Shown here piece after piece: positions 7,988 to 17,681 of a stretch of 64,000 nucleotides of DNA. A program made the translations under genes and the position numbers. The stretch is taken from IMG/VR virus record IMGVR_UViG_3300032242_000723, positions 269,116 through 333,115 of that record, one strand, 5' to 3'. The notes under the pieces are model-generated. The model saw only the letters and a list, made by a program, of their open reading frames with translations. It did no database searches and was not told where the DNA came from. Numbering within the stretch: position 1 is the first letter of the stretch; each line of letters starts with the position of its first letter.

Positions 7988-10549
7988 ATGGCCTTCATCC
8001 AAAATCTGTTTACAAGTAGAGACAATAGTGCCAACGCATCAACGTATGTAGGTCAGCAAGGCCGCATCTGGTGGGATCCGTTGACCAACTCTATGTATTA
8101 CAGTGATGGATCAACTCCAGGCGGTATACCAGTTGGAGCAGGTGGCAATCCATTCAATCAGGTTCTTAATACAAACAGCAATGTTACCTTTAGTAGCGTT
8201 ACTGTAACGGGAAACATCAATCTAGGTGCTTCATCAACTATTACAGGCAACCTTAATCTTTCAAACACCTCTGTTGCTAATCTTGGTAACTTTACGATCA
8301 GCGATCAAACACTAGCAGGTACAATCAACAATAGAACTATTAGAATCAGTCCGGTCGGCAACGCAGCCGTACAAGTATTAAACGGTATTCAGGTATATCA
8401 AGGAAACTTTAGCACAAGTCCATTGTTCAGCGTTACCAATAGTGGAGTTGTATCAACAATAGTTCCTAACGCAGTAAGTTATTTAGGTGCGTTTGAAATC
8501 GTAGGTAACCCTGCAGGCAATACAGTTCCTCCTCAGAACTATGGCGTGTTGCTACACACTACAGGTGTGCCGTCAGTTCCTGCTCGTATCTATAACGACG
8601 GTGTTGCAAACTACGCAGCGATTATTAATCGTAGATATAACGGCACAAGTGCTGCACCAACTGGCGTACTTGCTAATGAAATAATGGGTCGTATTGGTGC
8701 TACTCCTTATCTCAATAACGCAACATGGACATCATTAAGTACTACACGTATTGACATGATTACAACTGAAATACAAACTACCGCTGCTCAAGGTAGCAAG
8801 ATGGAGTTTTATACAGTAGCAAATGGCGATACTGTTCCTACTCTAACTATGGATTTAGACACTGATACTGGAATCACACTACACGCTAATGTACTTCCTG
8901 CCCACACTAATCAGTTTTCATTGGGCAACTCTACTTTTAAATGGAATGATTTGTGGCTTGGCCCAACAAGTCTGCACATGGAAGATACTGTAACACATTT
9001 GAACACTGCATTGACTGTACAAAACGGTACATTGTTCATTGACGGTTCGCAGCGTATTCAAATCGGTAATATGCAAATGACGACTGATGGCATCAGTCTA
9101 GTAACTGCAAACACTGGTTCAAATGTTCAAATCGGAACTGCTGGTGACACTGGTTATATGCAACTCAATATGCCAGGTATCAAGTTTAGAGACAGCACGA
9201 TTCAAACAACCGCCGCTGTTCCTCTAAGTTATATGGGTGCAGCAAACGGCGTAGCAACACTTGGTGCAGACAGCAAAGTTATACCATCACAACTTCCAGC
9301 AGGAGCAGTGTTCTTTAAAGGCATATGGGATGCATCAACTAACACTCCAACCCTCGTAAATGGTACTGGAACTGCTGGTTGGGAATATCAATGTTCTGTT
9401 GCAGGCACGGTAAACTTTGGCGCTGGCAATATCACATTTGCAGTGGGCGACTTTGTAATCTACAATGGTTCGTTGTGGCAAAAGATCGCAGGTTCAGGTG
9501 CAGGCGTCACCAGCTTTAATACGAGAACAGGTGTAGTCACACTAACAAGTAGTGATGTTACTACTGCATTGTCTAACAGCAGCATTGTAAACAGTAAACT
9601 AGTTAATCCAAATGTAACGATCACAACAGGTGCAGGCTTATCTGGCGGCGGAGTACTTGCATTGGGCGGAAGCCTCGCACTTGTTGCTAATGTCGGTAAT
9701 GTTGTTGGTGGTACTGGCGTAAATGTTGCCGCTGCATCAGGAAACTACACGGTTAGCATCGGTCAACCAGTTGGAACTGCGAATAGCGTACAGTTCTATG
9801 CACTAACAACGACAACGACTGTTGCTGCAACTGGAAACATCACAGGCGGTAACTTAACAACGGGTGGCAAAGTTGTTGCAACCGGAAACATTGAAACAAG
9901 TGGTAACTTAGTTACACCAAACACTGTTATTAACAGTAGCATGACGAGTAACGGTAATGTTAACTTCACTGGTGCTAATGTCAGCTTAGGTGCAGTCGGT
10001 AATGTTCGTGTTACAGGCGGTACTAACGGTCAGTTCTTGACGACCAATGGTTCAGGCACACTAAGCTGGTCAAATGTTGCAGGCGCCAATGTTTCAGGAA
10101 CAGTAGCGAATGCAACTTATGCAACAAGCGCAGGTATTGCCACTTCAGCAAATGCAGTGGCAGGTGCCAATGTTTCAGGAACAGTAGCGAATGCAACTTA
10201 TGCAACAAGCGCAGGTATTGCCACTTCAGCAAATGCAGTGGCAGGTGCTAATGTTTCAGGAACAGTAACAACCGCAACCAACTTATCGGCAGCTAGTAGT
10301 ATTTTAGCAGGGTCGTTCTCATTGGCAGTCAATGTAGGTAAAAACAGTTTGACTACATTAACACAAACTATTTCCGGGCTAACAACTAGTCATAAAGTTA
10401 TCATTACACCTGCAACAGCAATGCCGGATAATAGTGCCGGTTTTGAAGCAGCATGGGCAAGTTCTTCTAATACACTTAGTCTACAGTTTTCAAATCCCGG
10501 CGGCGCAGTCAATGCTTCATTCAACATAAACTATTTTGCCTGGGTATAA
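7988..10549 (+). CDS. tail fibre/virion structural protein
   Basis: 853 aa, G/N/T/S/A-rich, internal repeats, LGADSKVIPSQLP fibre-type motif. Confidence 0.7.
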   Translation: MAFIQNLFTSRDNSANASTYVGQQGRIWWDPLTNSMYYSDGSTPGGIPVGAGGNPFNQVLNTNSNVTFSSVTVTGNINLGASSTITGNLNLSNTSVANLGNFTISDQTLAGTINNRTIRISPVGNAAVQVLNGIQVYQGNFSTSPLFSVTNSGVVSTIVPNAVSYLGAFEIVGNPAGNTVPPQNYGVLLHTTGVPSVPARIYNDGVANYAAIINRRYNGTSAAPTGVLANEIMGRIGATPYLNNATWTSLSTTRIDMITTEIQTTAAQGSKMEFYTVANGDTVPTLTMDLDTDTGITLHANVLPAHTNQFSLGNSTFKWNDLWLGPTSLHMEDTVTHLNTALTVQNGTLFIDGSQRIQIGNMQMTTDGISLVTANTGSNVQIGTAGDTGYMQLNMPGIKFRDSTIQTTAAVPLSYMGAANGVATLGADSKVIPSQLPAGAVFFKGIWDASTNTPTLVNGTGTAGWEYQCSVAGTVNFGAGNITFAVGDFVIYNGSLWQKIAGSGAGVTSFNTRTGVVTLTSSDVTTALSNSSIVNSKLVNPNVTITTGAGLSGGGVLALGGSLALVANVGNVVGGTGVNVAAASGNYTVSIGQPVGTANSVQFYALTTTTTVAATGNITGGNLTTGGKVVATGNIETSGNLVTPNTVINSSMTSNGNVNFTGANVSLGAVGNVRVTGGTNGQFLTTNGSGTLSWSNVAGANVSGTVANATYATSAGIATSANAVAGANVSGTVANATYATSAGIATSANAVAGANVSGTVTTATNLSAASSILAGSFSLAVNVGKNSLTTLTQTISGLTTSHKVIITPATAMPDNSAGFEAAWASSSNTLSLQFSNPGGAVNASFNINYFAWV
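10079..10267 (+). repeat. 81-bp tandem repeat (~2.3 copies) encoding 27-aa units
   Basis: aatgtttcaggaacagta at 10088, 10169, 10250; AGANVSGTVANATYATSAGIATSANAV units. Confidence 0.95.
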
Positions 10550-10550
10550 C

Positions 10551-10820
10551 ATGACAGACAATGCTGGTATCAATCTTGTTGTAAAGGGAAGTTGTAATCC
10601 CTTCGGTGGTTGCGGCGGCGGATGTTGCAAAGTTAGAGTGTACGAACCTGGAAATGTAAACTATCATTTAGAATGGTGCGAGTATTTTGATGAACCTACT
10701 CGTAAATGTAAAATATACGAAACTAGACCCGAGGGGTGCAGAACATACCCAACTGTAAGGCACATCCAACACGATATATGGTTAATACCAGGTTGTGGAT
10801 ATTACCTTGAAGAAGAATAA
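10551..10820 (+). CDS. YkgJ-like (CxxxCxxCC) cysteine-cluster, putative Fe-S protein
   Basis: CNPFGGCGGGCC ... CEYFD..TRKCKIYETRPEGCRTYP; ATG 10551. Confidence 0.7.
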   Translation: MTDNAGINLVVKGSCNPFGGCGGGCCKVRVYEPGNVNYHLEWCEYFDEPTRKCKIYETRPEGCRTYPTVRHIQHDIWLIPGCGYYLEEE

Positions 10821-10823
10821 ATA
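10818..10823 (+). promoter_or_regulatory. late promoter TAAATA, 5 nt before the terL ATG
   Basis: TAAATA-ctatc-ATG(10829), no SD. Confidence 0.7.
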
Positions 10824-10828
10824 CTATC

Positions 10829-12376
10829 ATGAGTAACGCACCTTCACTAATCAAAGACCCATATAAGAAAACAGTATTTAAAAATCAACAAGAACTAGAC
10901 GATTTCGTTAAATGTTGTGACCCGGCAACAGGTTATCTATATTTCATGGATAACTTCTTTATGATTCAACACCCTACTCGTGGCAGTATGAACTATCACC
11001 CCTGGGCATTCCAAGAACGATTGATTGAAACATATCACAAATATCGTTTTTCTATCTCACTGATGCCAAGACAGTCTGGTAAATCAACAAGTGCAGCCGG
11101 ATACTTGCTTTGGTATGCAATGTTCAATCCGGACTCAACGATATTAATCGCAGCACACAAATATACAGGTGCTCAGGAAATCATGCAGCGTATTCGTTAT
11201 GCGTATGAAAACTGCCCAGATCATATCAAGGCTGGTGTCACAACCTATAACAAGGGTTCTATTGACTTTGAAAACGGTTCGCGTATCGTATCTGCTACAA
11301 CGACTGAGAACACTGGTCGTGGTATGTCAATCACCTTATTATATCTTGACGAGTTCGCATTCGTTAGACCTTCAATCGCTAAAGAGTTCTGGACAGCAAT
11401 CACTCCTACTCTGTCAACAGGAGGTAAAGCCATTATCACATCAACACCAAACTCAGATGAAGATCAGTTCGCACTCATATGGAAAGGTGCTAACAAGACA
11501 GAAGACGAGTTCGGCAATACTACTGATATAGGCGTAAACGGATTTAGAGCATATAGAGCATACTGGAGAGAACAGCCGGGCCGCGACGACAAATGGGCTG
11601 CTGAACTCCGTGCTCAACTCGGGGATGATCGCTTTCGCAGAGAGATGGATTGCGATTTTATCATCGCAGACGAGACGCTTATCAATCCAAACACGTTACT
11701 ACTGTTAGACGGCATCGAACCTGTTTCTCGTATGGGACAAATACGCTGGTACCAACAACCTGTCAAGGGAAATATATACGCAGTTGGTCTTGATCCTTCA
11801 TTAGGTACAGGTGGCGATCCATCTGCGATACAGATATATGAAGCAAATACAACCACACAGATTGGTGAATGGAAGCATAATAAGACTGACATTCCTAGCC
11901 AGATCAAGTTGATTGCTGAAGTTTGTAGGCACATAGAATCCATCACGAAAGAACCAAACAACATCTATTACTCTATTGAGAGCAATGGTATCGGTGAAGC
12001 GGCTATCATATCATTAAACGAGTTCGGTGAATCAAACATCCCAGGAACCTTCTTGAGTGAGAGCGGCAAAAAGCGTAAGGGCTTTAACACAACAAACAAG
12101 GTCAAGATCGCCGCGTGTGCTAAGTTCAAAACATTGCTAGAATCAAAGAAAATGACAGTCAATAGCCGTCCATTGATCAGCGAACTTAAAGCATTTGTCG
12201 CATCTGGTGGCAGTTATGCAGCCAAAATCGGTGACACGGATGATTTGGTAATGGCCTCACTATTAGCGGTTAGAATGATGACTCAACTCGCAGAGTATCA
12301 TGGTGACTTAGAATCTCAAATCAGAGATCATAGTGAGTTCATTGAGCCATTACCCTTCTTTGCGGTACTCGGATAA
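10829..12376 (+). CDS. terL: terminase large subunit (T4 gp17-like)
   Basis: PRQSGKS Walker A, LLYLDEFAF Walker B, TSTPN, GLDPSLG and DDLVMA nuclease motifs. Confidence 0.95.
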   Translation: MSNAPSLIKDPYKKTVFKNQQELDDFVKCCDPATGYLYFMDNFFMIQHPTRGSMNYHPWAFQERLIETYHKYRFSISLMPRQSGKSTSAAGYLLWYAMFNPDSTILIAAHKYTGAQEIMQRIRYAYENCPDHIKAGVTTYNKGSIDFENGSRIVSATTTENTGRGMSITLLYLDEFAFVRPSIAKEFWTAITPTLSTGGKAIITSTPNSDEDQFALIWKGANKTEDEFGNTTDIGVNGFRAYRAYWREQPGRDDKWAAELRAQLGDDRFRREMDCDFIIADETLINPNTLLLLDGIEPVSRMGQIRWYQQPVKGNIYAVGLDPSLGTGGDPSAIQIYEANTTTQIGEWKHNKTDIPSQIKLIAEVCRHIESITKEPNNIYYSIESNGIGEAAIISLNEFGESNIPGTFLSESGKKRKGFNTTNKVKIAACAKFKTLLESKKMTVNSRPLISELKAFVASGGSYAAKIGDTDDLVMASLLAVRMMTQLAEYHGDLESQIRDHSEFIEPLPFFAVLG

Positions 12377-12402
12377 GATTGCACAGACTATTTCACATTT
12401 AG

Positions 12403-12410
12403 TATAAATA
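12403..12410 (+). promoter_or_regulatory. late promoter TATAAATA, 5 nt before ATG 12416
   Basis: TATAAATA-gtatc-ATG. Confidence 0.75.
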
Positions 12411-12415
12411 GTATC

Positions 12416-14407
12416 ATGGCACTAGAAAACAAATCATTCAATGTAAAACTTTATAAACTTTTGAAATCTAAAGGTTATGAACCAGTTCCTTTGGACTCAA
12501 AGAACAAAAGAGTTCAAGCATCACAAGAAGCTGATGTTATTGAGTTCACTTTCAAAAAAGAAGGTGAAGATTATGGCAAAGCTTGGGTAAGTATCGACGA
12601 TGCTCAACGGGTCATAGTATATTACGACGATGAGCAAGAAAACAGTCCAAGCGAAGTAACTCCAGGTGTTGATTACGATGATACTTGGACAGGTTTCTTG
12701 ACCCACTTAAAGAACTGGTCAATGCGTAAGCAACTTGATTTTGAATTAGCCAACAAAGACCGCTTAGGCGATGACATGAGACAACGGGATTATCATAAGA
12801 TGAAAGAAAAAGTATCAGAAGGCTATCACGCTATGGGCAGAGCAAAAAGTTATAATGACAATGTACCAGATGTAAAGATCGTCCTTCAACATAGCCGTAA
12901 TATCGAAGAAGGTGAACAACGCTATCGTAACGTAGCGAAAATCTATCTTGAAAACTCAGACGGCGAGCGTATCCTTGCACCTACTAACAAGCCAGGCGTA
13001 GCACAGATTTATGCACGTCACTTAGCAGAAGGTGGACAACCTCATGATGAACGTTGGAATCACTTGAAGGGTCTTTGCGAAGAATATAACAAGATGGCTG
13101 GATTTGTCCGTGCTACCCGCAATGGTGAGTTCACTGAGTCCGCACAAAAACTCGTACAAGAAGGTATCAATCACTATAATAAGTTACGTGAATCACTTAG
13201 CAAGATGCGTGGTTCGCGTGGCTACAACGCATACTTTGAATCATGGTCACCTCCTCTCATGGAAGATGAGAGTGATGACACGATCAATGAACTATTCGTC
13301 CAGGAAACAATGGATCCTCGTATCGAGTCGGTTATGCCAATCCTCTCACGCCTTCGCAAGAATGTAGTAGAGATGAATGAAGTTGGTATGCTTGAAAGCT
13401 GGGCTGACAATGTTATCAATGAGAAGCTGGAACTTGGCGAATATAACGATCATGAAATGGCTGACACAAAAACTGACATGAGAAAAACAGGTGATGAAGT
13501 CACATCAGAGCATGACGAAGCCTATGCAAAGTTAAAGAGAATGGCACCCGAACTCTATAACTTCATTCGTAACGAAGCTCCGATGCCGATTGATCCGATC
13601 CAAACATTACAATATCTTCGCCAATCAGGTGGAAATGCAGGACAACTATTACGTATGCTTAAGGATCACATCAAGCAAGATACCGAAAAGCAATACGACA
13701 AAAAGCATCCATCCTTAGCAGAAAGCATGAAGCGTTTCTTAGAGACACTCGTGAATGAAGGACTCAAAGATACAGGTTGGATGGACAAGGACGAAGCCGA
13801 GGACGGCACGGTTCCTGCATTCATGCGTAAGAAGCAATATGACGACAAGATGAAGGACGCTACGGGCGGCCCTGCAGTTCGTACTGCAAAGAACAAGCCT
13901 GAAGACGAAATTGACGAAAACTTCATCAGCATGGACGCACAAGCCGTAGCAGAAGAAGATGATGCAGGTCAACTCAAAGGTGGCCCAATCGAAGCCTATG
14001 GTGTACATGGCGTGAAGTCTAAGCAATGGCGCAAGACATTTAAAAGTCAAGCTGCGTTTGAAAAATGGTTAGACAAAAATGAAGGCAACGTTGAAGTTTA
14101 TGGCACTCGTGACCTAGATGAAAGCCTAGACGAATCTAGTTATCCTTGGTTAGATCATAATGATCGTCCTGCAAACAAAAGAGACAAATCGCGTGATTCA
14201 GAAGAAGCATTGCGTAAAGAAGTCTCGCGTAAACAGGAAAAGAAGGTTGAAGAAGATTTAGATGCTAACCAAAAGCGTGTAGGTCAACTTGGTCCTACAG
14301 AAAAGGTCAAGAACAATAACATCGGTAAACTAGTAGGTGCCAACGAAAGCACTGAGTATGATGAAGAATTGGCAAGAATAATGGATATTGCCCGTTTTAA
14401 AAGATAA
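12416..14407 (+). CDS. large late protein, candidate protease-processed internal head protein
   Basis: 663 aa; acidic C-terminal half with many (V/I/L)xE sites; late promoter. Confidence 0.6.
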   Translation: MALENKSFNVKLYKLLKSKGYEPVPLDSKNKRVQASQEADVIEFTFKKEGEDYGKAWVSIDDAQRVIVYYDDEQENSPSEVTPGVDYDDTWTGFLTHLKNWSMRKQLDFELANKDRLGDDMRQRDYHKMKEKVSEGYHAMGRAKSYNDNVPDVKIVLQHSRNIEEGEQRYRNVAKIYLENSDGERILAPTNKPGVAQIYARHLAEGGQPHDERWNHLKGLCEEYNKMAGFVRATRNGEFTESAQKLVQEGINHYNKLRESLSKMRGSRGYNAYFESWSPPLMEDESDDTINELFVQETMDPRIESVMPILSRLRKNVVEMNEVGMLESWADNVINEKLELGEYNDHEMADTKTDMRKTGDEVTSEHDEAYAKLKRMAPELYNFIRNEAPMPIDPIQTLQYLRQSGGNAGQLLRMLKDHIKQDTEKQYDKKHPSLAESMKRFLETLVNEGLKDTGWMDKDEAEDGTVPAFMRKKQYDDKMKDATGGPAVRTAKNKPEDEIDENFISMDAQAVAEEDDAGQLKGGPIEAYGVHGVKSKQWRKTFKSQAAFEKWLDKNEGNVEVYGTRDLDESLDESSYPWLDHNDRPANKRDKSRDSEEALRKEVSRKQEKKVEEDLDANQKRVGQLGPTEKVKNNNIGKLVGANESTEYDEELARIMDIARFKR

Positions 14408-14442
14408 CGCAATAAAGTATTATATTACTTACCCATTACTGG

Positions 14443-14481
14443 TATAAATATATTGACACAGTGTTTGATATCTTGTATATT
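14443..14481 (+). promoter_or_regulatory. tandem late (TATAAATA 14443-50) and sigma70 early (TTGACA-N17-TATATT 14453-81) promoters for ssb
   Basis: Exact motifs with 17-nt spacing. Confidence 0.8.
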
Positions 14482-14569
14482 GAACACTGTGTTAGTTGTC
14501 TCCGACAGCAAAACATAAATCTCACACTAAAGCTCAAAATAAAGCACATTTTAACAGGAGAAAAACAAA

Positions 14570-15568
14570 ATGGCAAGTTTAGCAGAAATCCGCGCTCGCA
14601 TTGCAGCAGCAGAAAATAAGGGTCAAAACAAAGGCTCAAATACACAATCAGATAACGCAATCTATCCTCACTGGAATATCGATGAAGGCACTACTGCCAC
14701 TGTTCGATTTCTTCCAGATGCTGATCCAAACAACACATTCTTTTGGATTGAACGTCAAGTAATCAAGCTCCCATTCAACGGCATTAAGGGCGACGCCGAC
14801 AGCAAGCAAGTCACTATTCAGGTGCCATGCGTAGAGATGTATGGTGACAACTGTCCTATTCTAGCAGAAGTTCGCCCTTGGTATAAGGATGATTCGCTTA
14901 AGGATATGGCTAACAAGTATTGGAAGAAGCGTTCTTATATCTATCAGGGCTTTGTTCGGCAAAACCCAATTGGCGATGACAAGACTCCAGCGAATCCTAT
15001 TCGTCGCTTTGTCGTTACCTCGCAGATTCAAACGATCATCAAGGCATCACTTATGGATCCTGAGATGGAAGAGTTGCCAACTGACTACACGAAAGGTCTT
15101 GACTTCAACGTCCGTAAGACTTCTGGTAAGGGAGGTTATGCAGAGTACACTACATCCAGTTGGGCACGTAAGGAAACTTCTTTGACTGAGGCTGAAATGG
15201 CTGCTATTGAAGCACATGGTCTGTACAATCTTGCTGACTTCTTGCCAAAGAAGCCAAGTGAAGCAGAACTTCGCATCATCAAAGAGATGTTTGACGCTTC
15301 AGTTGACGGTCGTCCATATGACACCGATAAGTGGGGTGCATACTATCGTCCTTACGGTGTTGATGCACCAGCAGGTACTGCAACAGATAAACAAACGGCT
15401 ACTGCTGAAACCAGAGCCCCTGTTACAGCTCCTACTACAGTCACTTACTCATCAGATCCAGATGATGTTCCGTTTGAAACAGATCAACCAATCGTGGTTC
15501 CTACTACAACTTCAAGCGACAAGGCACAGGACATTCTCGCAATGATCCGTGCAAGACAGCCTAAGTAA
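14570..15568 (+). CDS. ssb: single-stranded DNA-binding protein (T4 gp32-like)
   Basis: ATVRFLPD, CVEMYGDNCPI Zn region, YWKKRSY, GLDFNVRKT, YAEYTTSSW, low-complexity tail; AGGAG RBS. Confidence 0.88.
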   Translation: MASLAEIRARIAAAENKGQNKGSNTQSDNAIYPHWNIDEGTTATVRFLPDADPNNTFFWIERQVIKLPFNGIKGDADSKQVTIQVPCVEMYGDNCPILAEVRPWYKDDSLKDMANKYWKKRSYIYQGFVRQNPIGDDKTPANPIRRFVVTSQIQTIIKASLMDPEMEELPTDYTKGLDFNVRKTSGKGGYAEYTTSSWARKETSLTEAEMAAIEAHGLYNLADFLPKKPSEAELRIIKEMFDASVDGRPYDTDKWGAYYRPYGVDAPAGTATDKQTATAETRAPVTAPTTVTYSSDPDDVPFETDQPIVVPTTTSSDKAQDILAMIRARQPK

Positions 15569-15581
15569 CTAGCCTAACAAA

Positions 15582-15605
15582 GTCGGGGGAGGAAACTTCC
15601 CCGAC
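15582..15605 (+). promoter_or_regulatory. GC-rich 10-bp hairpin with GAAA tetraloop after ssb (no U-tract)
   Basis: gtcgggggag-gaaa-cttccccgac. Confidence 0.6.
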
Positions 15606-15621
15606 AGTTAAGGATATCACA

Positions 15622-15852
15622 ATGACAACATCAGATGAAAGATACCGTGCTATCAAGCAGGGAAAGAAACTTCTTGAGGAGCTTTGCGATCCAGGCAAGA
15701 CTCCAAGAGTCCCAAGTATTGTTCGTGACCGGGCTAGAAGCATTCTAAGGCATTTTCCTAATGAGAATGACTTAGACGAGATTTCTACCAATAGTCCCGA
15801 ACTACTTGAAAAAACATCATTTAATGATAAAGTAAAACACATAGCAAGATAG
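15622..15852 (+). CDS. small protein, BPSL0761-family-like
   Basis: MTTSDERYRA...LLEEL...VRDRARSILRHFP pattern recalled from that family. Confidence 0.55.
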   Translation: MTTSDERYRAIKQGKKLLEELCDPGKTPRVPSIVRDRARSILRHFPNENDLDEISTNSPELLEKTSFNDKVKHIAR

Positions 15853-15861
15853 GAAATACAA

Positions 15862-16932
15862 TTGGCAAAACCGTTCGATGTATCAAAATTCCGTAAGGAT
15901 ATTACTAAGGCCATTGATGGCCTAAGTATCGGGTTTAACGACCCAACAGATTGGATTAGCACAGGCAACCATGCACTTAATTATCTCATTAGCGGTGACT
16001 TTAATAAAGGCGTACCTCTTGGTAAAGTTACTGTCTTTGCCGGAGAGTCTGGATCAGGCAAGTCATTCATTTGCTCAGGAAATCTAGTAAGACACGCTCA
16101 AGAGCAAGGCATTTATGTCGTACTCGTTGATAGCGAAAACGCACTTGACGAGGCATGGCTACACGCTCTTGGCGTTGACACTAGCGAAGACAAGCTACTA
16201 AAGCTTAATATGGCAATGATTGATGACGTTGCTAGGACTATTCATGAGTTCATGAAGGGTTATAAGACTATCCCAGACGGCCCTGAAAAGCCTAAGGTAC
16301 TGTTTGTTATTGACAGTCTTGGTATGTTGCTCACTCCAACTGACGTAAATCAGTTTGAAGCAGGTGACATGAAGGGTGATATGGGTCGTAAGCCTAAGGC
16401 ACTGACTGCACTTGTTCGCAACTGTGTAAACATGTTCGGTAATCATAATGTTGGATTGGTTGCTACTAATCACACTTATGCTTCACAAGATATGTTTGAC
16501 CCAGACGACAAGATTTCAGGTGGTCAAGGGTTCGTATACGCATCTAGTATCGTAGTTGCGATGAAGAAACTAAAGCTCAAAGAAGACGAAGACGGCAATA
16601 AGATTTCGGAAGTCAAAGGTATTCGTTCTGCATGTAAGATTATGAAGACGCGATATGCAAAGCCTTTCGAATCAGTTCAAGTCAAGATTCCATATGAGAC
16701 TGGCATGAGTCCCTATTCAGGTCTAGTTGACTTGATTGAAAAGGCTGGCATGCTTGCAAAGGAAGGCAACTCACTTGTTTACACTCGTCTCGATGGTACA
16801 ATCATCAAGAAGTTTCGTAAAGGCTGGGAGCGTAATGACGATAGCTGTTTGGACACTGTTATGACAGAGTTTGAACAGAAGTCAGCCAAGATCGCTCCTA
16901 TCATGGTCGAAGAAGAGGATTCAGCAGAATGA
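15862..16932 (+). CDS. uvsX: RecA/UvsX recombinase
   Basis: FAGESGSGKS Walker A, VDSENA, VIDSLGML, TNHTY, ISGG; TTG start with AGGA RBS. Confidence 0.95.
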   Translation: MAKPFDVSKFRKDITKAIDGLSIGFNDPTDWISTGNHALNYLISGDFNKGVPLGKVTVFAGESGSGKSFICSGNLVRHAQEQGIYVVLVDSENALDEAWLHALGVDTSEDKLLKLNMAMIDDVARTIHEFMKGYKTIPDGPEKPKVLFVIDSLGMLLTPTDVNQFEAGDMKGDMGRKPKALTALVRNCVNMFGNHNVGLVATNHTYASQDMFDPDDKISGGQGFVYASSIVVAMKKLKLKEDEDGNKISEVKGIRSACKIMKTRYAKPFESVQVKIPYETGMSPYSGLVDLIEKAGMLAKEGNSLVYTRLDGTIIKKFRKGWERNDDSCLDTVMTEFEQKSAKIAPIMVEEEDSAE

Positions 16933-17216
16933 GTCTAGCACTGGTTAATGAAATCTGGAAACTTCTCAAGGTTAGCATTGAAGCAGGTGACACTAGTGGT
17001 GCCGCAGAGATATTAGTCAACTATCTAGTTGAGGAAGACTACTCTCCGGCTGAAATTAAGCAGGCATTTCGTAATGATACAAACATTAAGAAAGCACTAG
17101 ACTACTATTTAGAAACGCCAGAAGATGGTCTTGTCGAAGTCAAGCATGATCCATATGAATATGAAGATGAAGACGAACTATACTTTGATGACGAAGACTT
17201 TGACGACACGTACTGA
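16929..17216 (+). CDS. hypothetical acidic protein
   Basis: 95-aa ORF coupled between uvsX and uvsY. Confidence 0.65.
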   Translation: MSLALVNEIWKLLKVSIEAGDTSGAAEILVNYLVEEDYSPAEIKQAFRNDTNIKKALDYYLETPEDGLVEVKHDPYEYEDEDELYFDDEDFDDTY

Positions 17217-17674
17217 TGGCGTGGTACAGTAGAGTCTCACAAGATTTAAGTGTACTCCCTGATTTTATCTCACACTATGAAGGTGAGATACAGTCAGCAA
17301 AGGGCGATGTCAAGGTATATGGCAATGTTGAAAAGAACATTGCTGCCCTTCCAGGAATTGCTGAGTATCGTTTCAATCAACTACAAGAGATTGAAGCGGT
17401 ACTCAACTTTCTTAACATACAACTACGAAAGATTCGCAGGAAGCACTTTCAGAAATATTTAGAGAAATACAATCGTCAACTATCAAGCCGTGATGCCGAA
17501 AAATACGTAGACGGCGAAGATGAAGTGGTTGACTTTGAAGTTTTGATCAATGAAGTCGCACTGATACGAAATAAATTTTTAGGTGTCATGAAGGGACTAG
17601 ATAGTAAGAACTTCATGTTAGGCCATATTGTCAGGCTTAGAACAGCTGGTATGGAAGATATTACAATCGGATGA
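17216..17674 (+). CDS. uvsY: recombination mediator UvsY-like
   Basis: Helical protein with RKHFQKYLEKY...DAEKYVDGEDEVVD...KFLGVMKGLDSKNF pattern; near uvsX. Confidence 0.75.
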   Translation: MAWYSRVSQDLSVLPDFISHYEGEIQSAKGDVKVYGNVEKNIAALPGIAEYRFNQLQEIEAVLNFLNIQLRKIRRKHFQKYLEKYNRQLSSRDAEKYVDGEDEVVDFEVLINEVALIRNKFLGVMKGLDSKNFMLGHIVRLRTAGMEDITIG

Positions 17675-17681
17675 ACATATA

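Noticed and set aside
15582-15605. Hairpin after ssb as a rho-independent terminator
   Set aside because: No downstream U-tract; kept only as a structural element.
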